This document shows positions 57,783 through 64,000 of a stretch of DNA of 64,000 nucleotides, in pieces (position 1 is the first letter of the stretch; each line of letters starts with the position of its first letter). The DNA is from Ignavibacteria bacterium (GTDB lineage: Bacteria; Bacteroidota; Ignavibacteria; Kapaibacteriales; UBA961). Below the pieces are notes generated by a model. That model had not been told where the DNA came from and did no database searches. It saw nothing but the letters and a program-made list of their open reading frames with translations. The position numbers were made by a program, and so were the translations under genes. The stretch spans positions 103,426 to 167,425 of the forward strand of contig JADJXV010000007.1 of NCBI GenBank assembly GCA_016720145.1, written 5' to 3'.

Positions 57783-58073
57783 TGCTTATCAAGATGTTAC
57801 ATTTTATAGCCGGTATTTGATTTGTTTGCCAATACCATCGTATGTGCATTTCTTGGCAAGGTGTGGACGGCAACGGGTGACCGCAGGCGAACATTTGGAA
57901 TATAATGAACAGAAACCAATCCACTAGTGTCCACTAAAAATTTAGAGAAAATTGATTTAAGCAAAGTTCTTTGACATCATTACAATCTGATTTATAAAAT
58001 AGCTTATTAATTGGCGTTTTATCCAGCAACGAAATACTTAAAACCTGCAAAACTTCGTATGTTGATCTATTAA

Positions 58074-58775
58074 TCATAAGTTCTTTTCAATAATAGCAAC
58101 TAAGCAATATGATATTATGGCACAATAAATTTGAATTTTAACAGCATTCTCACTATTGCCCCAAAAGGATTTAATTTTTAGATGCTGTTTAATCCATTTA
58201 AAAAATAGTTCAACTTGCCAACGATTTTTATAAAGTAGTGTAATTTGCTCAGCCGTAAGTTCCATATTATTAGACAAATATGAAAACGTTTTGTCACTTT
58301 CTTTATCATAATAAATAACTTGGCGAATTTCATTAGGATAATCTTTAGACGCATAAAACCCTGTTAGTGTTCCTACTTGATCGCTTATTACTCCTGTGTT
58401 TTCATTGATTTTATTGAGCCGATTACATTTGAATTTAAGGTTTTTTTTTGCTCGAACAACAAAATATGCTGAGTGGTTACAAATCTTATTAAGTCTTTTA
58501 AAATCAATATATCCACGATCAAAAACATAATAAGCACCATACTCATAAGGAATAACATCCATTGCATTCATATCATTGACAGAGGCTTCAGTTATATGAA
58601 TGAAAGCTGGTATTTGAGTACAAATGTCATAGAGTGTATGAATCTTGATCCCGGCTTTAAATTTGCGAAATTTTGCCCACCATGTCAGATGTAGTGCTAT
58701 CACTTTGGCTTCTTTGCAAGCATTGTTTTTGTGCCCTTCGACTTCTTTTTTCTTTAGTGGCACTAGTGAAACCAA
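58074..58775 (-). mobile_element. N-terminally truncated IS4/IS5-superfamily (DDE_Tnp_1) transposase remnant
   Basis: ...WAKFRKFKAGIKIHTLYD...YYVFDRGYIDFKRL...YKNRWQVELFFKWIKQHLKIK carries the second D and the E of the DDE triad and the YxxRWxxE signature. The first-D region is missing. The reading frame is closed by a TAG that overlaps the start of the adjacent giant gene. Confidence 0.7.
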
Positions 58776-58807
58776 TCTATCTTTTTTACTATTACAGAGT
58801 GTGTGCT

Positions 58808-61800
58808 ATGCGCTTACTTTTTTACTATTTCGTTGCAATAGTTGTCGCCGTCACCAGTGCGGGAGCAGCTATACCGGCTAGTACGTATTCGTTGCAAAAA
58901 CAGCCCGGATACGTTGAAAATAAAGGACAGATTCTAGACCAGTTTAACAAGCCGAACACCTCGGTTCGATACCTGCTCAGCCGCCCCGGACTGAATATTC
59001 AACTCAAGGCAAATAGCTTTAGTTATGATAGTTATATCGAGAAAACCTTGCCGGTAAAAGACAAATCTACAGCCATCCATCAGCCGAAAGAGCAGCAGCA
59101 CGAGTCGTTCGAACAGCACTTTCATCGTGTGGATGTGGAACTCGTCGGCGCGAACCCTGCGCCACTCCTGCACGCAATCGGCGCATCGGATGATTATCAG
59201 AATTATTATACAACCGGACTTGGCGAGGAGGGTGTGACGAATGTTCGCAACTATGCGCGAATCGTATATGTTGATATTTATCCGCATATAGATTTGGAGT
59301 TTTTTCTGGGCTCGCAGGGTGAAGCCGAGTATCAGTTTATCATCCACCCGGGTGGTGATGCATCTGTTATCCGATTGCATTATAAAGGTGCTTCAAGTAC
59401 TTCGCTTACCGGTAATTTAATCGAACTCACACTCAGACATGGTAGTATTTCCGAACATATTCCCAAAAGCTATCTGGCTGAGAGCGGACGTGAACTCCGA
59501 GTGAAGTTTCAAAAAATTGAAATGGATATGTATGGCTATTCTGTGCCTAACTATGCGTTGGATCAGACACTTGTCATCGACCCTACACCTTCTTTGAAAT
59601 GGGGAACATATTTTGGTGGAAGTAAAAATGATGGTGGAAACTGTATTGCAACAGACCAAAATAATGGCATTTATATAGGCGGCTCCACTTTTAGCACTGC
59701 CTCAATAGCTACAGTCGGTGCACATCAAGTGGTATATGTTGGCGCATGTGATGTTTTTATCGCTGCTTTTACAAAAGATGGCTTACGTCGATGGAGCACA
59801 TATTATGGTGGATCTCAGCCTGATGCCATTGGCGGAATTGATGTAGATCCAAGTGGGAATATATTCATTGTCGGAACCACGGAAAGTGATAACGGAATTT
59901 CCACATCAGGCGCCTACCAAGTAGCCAAGCTAGGAAGCGATAATGCCTTTGTGGCTTCTTTTACGAATACAGGCGTACGGAGCTGGAGTACCTATTATGG
60001 CGGTAAAATTGGCGAAAGAGGTTCTTATGGTATTGACCTAACCATCGGTAAAAGTGGTAATGTACTCATTACGGGCTTGTCAACGAGTTCGGATGCGATA
60101 GCAACTGCCGGCACTCATCAGCAAACTAATGCCGGTAATAGCGACGCCTTCATCGCTTCTTTCTCCAATGTAGGGGTTAGGCAGTGGGGTACATTTTATG
60201 GTGGAGGGCTCAACGAACATTCCACCGGAATCACGACAGATAAGAATGGTAATGTCTATATTGCCGGTATAACAGCAAGTACCGGCGGAATTGTACTAAC
60301 AGGTAGTTCCCCCCATCAATCTTCTCTCAAGGGAAGCGAAGACGCCTTCATTGCAAAATTTACAAGCTCCGGCAATCTTCTCTGGAGCACATATTATGGT
60401 GGTGATGATGTTGATTATGGAGATGATATTAAAGTCGATACAACAGGCGCTGTATTTATAGTAGGAGGTACGAATAGCACAAATTTTATCTCAACAAACA
60501 ATGGATATCAGCCAACCTTTGGTGGAGCCAATGGATGTGACCAAAGTTGTACATCAATAGGATGGAGTATTGAGATGGGTCTAGTAAACAGTAGTACGGG
60601 TGCTGGAGATATTTTCTTGGCAAAATTTTCCGAAGTCGGTGCACTCATTTGGGGAACTTATTATGGTGGAAATGACTGTGAGAACGGGAGTTCTTTGGCA
60701 TTAGACAGACTTGGGAATGCGTATCTTATCGGTACTACTAATAGTTCATCATCAGTGTTCGCTTCGAGCACTGCATATCAGCAAAATAATAACGGTGAAT
60801 GTGAGACATTTATAGCGAAATTTTTATCGAATGGAATGCGTGATTGGTCAACCTATTATGGCGGAGAAGCTGGAGAATATGGCTTTGATATAGCAGTGGA
60901 TAATGATCTGAATGTATTTGCAACTGGATGGACGTCAAGTAAAAATAATATCGCTACTCCGGGAGCTCATCAAGTAGTGCTTAGTGAGAATTCGCTTATT
61001 GCTTATATCGATGCATTCATCACCCGGTGGGAACAGTGCAATGAACTCTCCATTTCAATTTCATCGAATAAGTCCTCCGCTTTTTGCTTAGATGACGGTA
61101 TGGGGGTCGAATATAGTCTGCCCTTCGCTCCTAATTCAACTTACGAATGGCAGAGCATACGTTTGGGGACAATCACCTCATTGCGCACAACTGATTCGAG
61201 TATTATGGTCAATTGGACAAAAACCGGTACTGACACTGTTCGCGTACGACAAACTTCAACGATTTCAGGATGTTACAAAGACACAATGTTCATTGTCACT
61301 ATCACACCTATTTTATCAATAAACCTCGGCGCTGATATTGTGACCTGTCTTGGCGATATTCCGACCATCGGCAAAATTGTTAGCGGTGGCACTGCTCCGT
61401 ATTCTTATTCATGGTCGCCCAAGACAGGAATTATTGGTTCGGACTCCACAGCACAAATCAATGTTTCTCCTACAATCACAACAACCTACACCGTATCGGT
61501 CACCGATAAAAATGGTTGTCAATCTCAGAATGGCATTCAAGTCACCGTACACCCAAAGCCATCTGTCTATGCCGGTGCAGACACGGTCATCTGTCCGGGT
61601 GAATCGATTATAATCGGAAATGTAGCCACAGGCACCACCGGAAGCTATCAATATCAATGGACTCCGTCAATAGGATTATCGTCCGATTATATAGCCCGTC
61701 CGACTGCAAAGCCACCGACGGATACCACTTATCGAGTCATCGTGACTGATAAAAACGGTTGCAAAGACACATCAGAAATTAAGATTCGACTCTCGAAATC

Positions 61801-63745
61801 TAGCATAAAAATTACACCCGTTTCACTGGTATTTCCCGAATTACTCGGTTGTGACCCTGCGAAAGATACCGTCATTACGCTCGAAAATCCAACTGCTCTT
61901 GATGTAGAAATCAGCGCAATTATCTCGACAGACCCTCAATTTAAAGTGTTGACTGCAATGCCATTACTCATTTCGGCAAATAACGGGAAACAGGTTAAAA
62001 TTCGTTATGAACCAAGCGCAAGCGGAACATCCAAAGCAATCTTAAAAGTAATAACCGAACCATGTAAAAGCGAGGTTCTATTTCCAATCAGCGGAAGTAA
62101 ACAAGGTGTAAGTTTCGCAGTTGCAGATACCCTCGATGCCGGCGAAATTATCACCTGCGCGAAGTCATCAGCCACCGTCCAACTCACCATCGAAAATACG
62201 AGTAGTGGCGGCGCAAGTGGCGGAGTGACCGTCGTTACTCCAGGCGCATCCATTACAACCACTCTCAAAAACGGTGAAACACTGCCGAATGGAACACCGC
62301 AGAAATACGACGTGACCATCACACCACTTACCGACGGTAATTTCCTCGACTCCATGATGATTGTCTTCAATCCATGCGGTATTACCAAGATGGTCTATGT
62401 CAAGGGAAAACGTACGAATGTTGCACTCAAAGCAGATATCACGAACCTCGATTTTGGCAAAATTCCATCCGGAACGAATAAACCGCTCCCCGCGACTTTT
62501 ACCAATACCGGTACAGCTGCTTTGACCGTGACAAGTGTGCCAAACCTGAACTCGCCATTCTCAATTCTCTCGGTTACTCCACCACTACCGGCAATTCTCC
62601 AACCTAACGATAAATTGACCGTTACGATTCAATACACCGGTACAACCGGTGTACTGACGGGTAAGGTCTTTGCCTTTGCGACACTTCCATGCGCCATTAG
62701 TGACAGCATCGCGCTTTCGGGTGAAGGCGAAGTCAGCGCGTTGCCATCGTTTTCCTCCACAAAATTCCTCATTACCGATAGTATTTGTATCGGTAAAGAC
62801 ACGCTGCTTACAGCACGTTTGGCGAATAATGGCGGTGTGAATTTACAGGTACAGCAAGCGCTTGCGACGGGTTCGGTGGATTTTACCGTGCTTGGTTTTG
62901 TTCCGCAAACACTTGCTTCCGGGAATTCTATGGATGTGCAGGTACGCTATACTCCGACATCTATCGGGCAAGCAAACGGAAAAGTCGTGTGGGTGACGGA
63001 TCTTCTGCGGGACTCCACCGACCTGTCGGGACTCGGCAAAAGCTGTGGAATTCTTCCCATTGACACCGCCAAAACAACCATCAGCATACAAAATATCGAA
63101 GCGAATACCGGCGATAAGGTGCAAGTAACCATTAAGCTTACAAGCGAGCAAGGACTCGCACAGTCGGGTGCGACGAATTTCAAAGCCAAGCTTGGTTTCA
63201 ACCGAACAATTCTCCATATCACCGAACCGGCGATTATCTGCAACAATGGTACTAATGCAGACCGATGTGAAGTGGAAATATCCGGCACGCGGCAAAGCGG
63301 AAGTGATATTCTCGCTGTCATTCCGGCTGAAGCTACGCTCGGCAATGCCGAACGTACTAACTTAGAACTCCTCTCATTTGAATGGCTTAACGGCACCGGT
63401 GTTGTGAATGTCTCGCGGATAAACGGCGAACTCATTCTCACCGATCTCTGCCGTGAGGGTGGAGTGCGGCTATATCTGCCAACGCAGACCGTCTCGCTGA
63501 GTGTGGTGCCCAATCCGGCAAGCGGAAACGCTGAAATTGAATATACACTTCGTGAGGAATCTGCGGTAAAGGTCTCGCTTGTTGATGTGTTAGGCAAAGA
63601 AGTGATGATAATTGACGAGGCGGTCAGACCTGCAGGGACGTATAGAAAATCTGTCGAACTCTCGCTTGCAGGTGATGGGGTGTATTATCTCAGGTTGCAA
63701 GCGCCGAATGTGACGAAGACGGTGAGGATGAATGTCGTAAAGTAA
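58808..63745 (+). CDS. Giant T9SS-secreted surface protein, paralogue of 51952..57782 (SBBP-like repeats, Ig-like/choice-of-anchor-D-like domains, T9SS C-terminal domain)
   Basis: Start at the ATG at 58808 (MRLLFYYFVAIVVAVTSAGA signal peptide). The ORF-track ORF begins at 58673 inside the IS remnant. YYGG..-type repeats, and a C-terminus nearly identical to paralogue 1 (...VYYLRLQAPNVTKTVRMNVVK). Confidence 0.85.
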   Translation: MRLLFYYFVAIVVAVTSAGAAIPASTYSLQKQPGYVENKGQILDQFNKPNTSVRYLLSRPGLNIQLKANSFSYDSYIEKTLPVKDKSTAIHQPKEQQHESFEQHFHRVDVELVGANPAPLLHAIGASDDYQNYYTTGLGEEGVTNVRNYARIVYVDIYPHIDLEFFLGSQGEAEYQFIIHPGGDASVIRLHYKGASSTSLTGNLIELTLRHGSISEHIPKSYLAESGRELRVKFQKIEMDMYGYSVPNYALDQTLVIDPTPSLKWGTYFGGSKNDGGNCIATDQNNGIYIGGSTFSTASIATVGAHQVVYVGACDVFIAAFTKDGLRRWSTYYGGSQPDAIGGIDVDPSGNIFIVGTTESDNGISTSGAYQVAKLGSDNAFVASFTNTGVRSWSTYYGGKIGERGSYGIDLTIGKSGNVLITGLSTSSDAIATAGTHQQTNAGNSDAFIASFSNVGVRQWGTFYGGGLNEHSTGITTDKNGNVYIAGITASTGGIVLTGSSPHQSSLKGSEDAFIAKFTSSGNLLWSTYYGGDDVDYGDDIKVDTTGAVFIVGGTNSTNFISTNNGYQPTFGGANGCDQSCTSIGWSIEMGLVNSSTGAGDIFLAKFSEVGALIWGTYYGGNDCENGSSLALDRLGNAYLIGTTNSSSSVFASSTAYQQNNNGECETFIAKFLSNGMRDWSTYYGGEAGEYGFDIAVDNDLNVFATGWTSSKNNIATPGAHQVVLSENSLIAYIDAFITRWEQCNELSISISSNKSSAFCLDDGMGVEYSLPFAPNSTYEWQSIRLGTITSLRTTDSSIMVNWTKTGTDTVRVRQTSTISGCYKDTMFIVTITPILSINLGADIVTCLGDIPTIGKIVSGGTAPYSYSWSPKTGIIGSDSTAQINVSPTITTTYTVSVTDKNGCQSQNGIQVTVHPKPSVYAGADTVICPGESIIIGNVATGTTGSYQYQWTPSIGLSSDYIARPTAKPPTDTTYRVIVTDKNGCKDTSEIKIRLSKSSIKITPVSLVFPELLGCDPAKDTVITLENPTALDVEISAIISTDPQFKVLTAMPLLISANNGKQVKIRYEPSASGTSKAILKVITEPCKSEVLFPISGSKQGVSFAVADTLDAGEIITCAKSSATVQLTIENTSSGGASGGVTVVTPGASITTTLKNGETLPNGTPQKYDVTITPLTDGNFLDSMMIVFNPCGITKMVYVKGKRTNVALKADITNLDFGKIPSGTNKPLPATFTNTGTAALTVTSVPNLNSPFSILSVTPPLPAILQPNDKLTVTIQYTGTTGVLTGKVFAFATLPCAISDSIALSGEGEVSALPSFSSTKFLITDSICIGKDTLLTARLANNGGVNLQVQQALATGSVDFTVLGFVPQTLASGNSMDVQVRYTPTSIGQANGKVVWVTDLLRDSTDLSGLGKSCGILPIDTAKTTISIQNIEANTGDKVQVTIKLTSEQGLAQSGATNFKAKLGFNRTILHITEPAIICNNGTNADRCEVEISGTRQSGSDILAVIPAEATLGNAERTNLELLSFEWLNGTGVVNVSRINGELILTDLCREGGVRLYLPTQTVSLSVVPNPASGNAEIEYTLREESAVKVSLVDVLGKEVMIIDEAVRPAGTYRKSVELSLAGDGVYYLRLQAPNVTKTVRMNVVK

Positions 63746-63862
63746 AAAATTCTCTAAAAATTAAAAATTCTTTGGGCAGAAACTGAAATTACTGTAAGTT
63801 ACCATTGATTAAAATGTTAAGTCAAAAACACATTACTATTTACATAACTTAAGGCAAGATTC

Positions 63863-64000
63863 ATGCGTTCTGTACTTCTACTTTTGTTTATTGCGTTTCA
63901 AAGTATATCTGCCCAAGAAAAACCGCCTCAGTATAGTACCCCATCTCCGACGTTCACTGCAAACCAAGGACAAATCATTAACACCAATAATGTATTAGTA
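63863..64000 (+). CDS. Start of a further paralogous T9SS surface-protein gene (3' partial)
   Basis: MRSVLLLLFIAFQSISAQEKPPQYSTPSPTFTANQGQIINTNNVLV. The signal peptide and FTANQGQ module match paralogue 1. Confidence 0.7.
   Translation, partial: MRSVLLLLFIAFQSISAQEKPPQYSTPSPTFTANQGQIINTNNVLV

Noticed and set aside
58673-58807. ORF-track start of the giant gene at 58673 (MPTMSDVVLSLWLLCKHCF...)
   Set aside because: That stretch runs through the antisense of the IS4 transposase remnant. A strong signal peptide begins at the ATG at 58808.

Overview
This 64-kb window looks like a chromosomal fragment from a Bacteroidota/FCB-group bacterium. Several proteins carry type IX secretion (T9SS) C-terminal sorting domains, start codons lack Shine-Dalgarno sequences, and there are TAnnTTTG-like -7 promoter boxes. 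GC content is about 42%. About half of the window encodes seven giant secreted repeat proteins in two paralogous families. Between them lie four blocks: a PAS hybrid histidine kinase with a response regulator and an AraC regulator; a compact all-minus-strand stress island (two CsbD, two lmo0937-family, DUF1003, ferritin, a PA2169-family protein, a heavy-metal-binding protein, porins, OmpA); a NFACT-family (RqcH-like) ribosome quality control homologue and an M42 peptidase; and a housekeeping block (dnaG, mdh, VapBC-like toxin-antitoxin pair, rho, partial icmF). A group II intron with a frameshifted reverse-transcriptase ORF sits downstream of the mdh terminator. The non-coding space is unusually rich in structured repeats: a 288-bp tandem array with a long internal hairpin, a 63-bp x6 hairpin array, a 51-bp tandem repeat, heptamer microsatellites, and a dispersed palindromic REP-like element. 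Four genes show apparent single-base frameshifts, so real pseudogenes and assembly indel errors cannot be told apart from the sequence alone. I found no rRNA, tRNA or CRISPR array. The window has no canonical defence system. The most likely novel feature is a conserved cis-regulatory architecture shared by the giant surface-protein genes: an upstream motif carrying a TAATTTTG box, plus a conserved leader motif with an ECF-sigma-like geometry about 45 nt before the start codon. The tandem structured non-coding arrays (288-bp, 63-bp) next to the same gene class are likewise unexplained and may belong to the same regulatory system.
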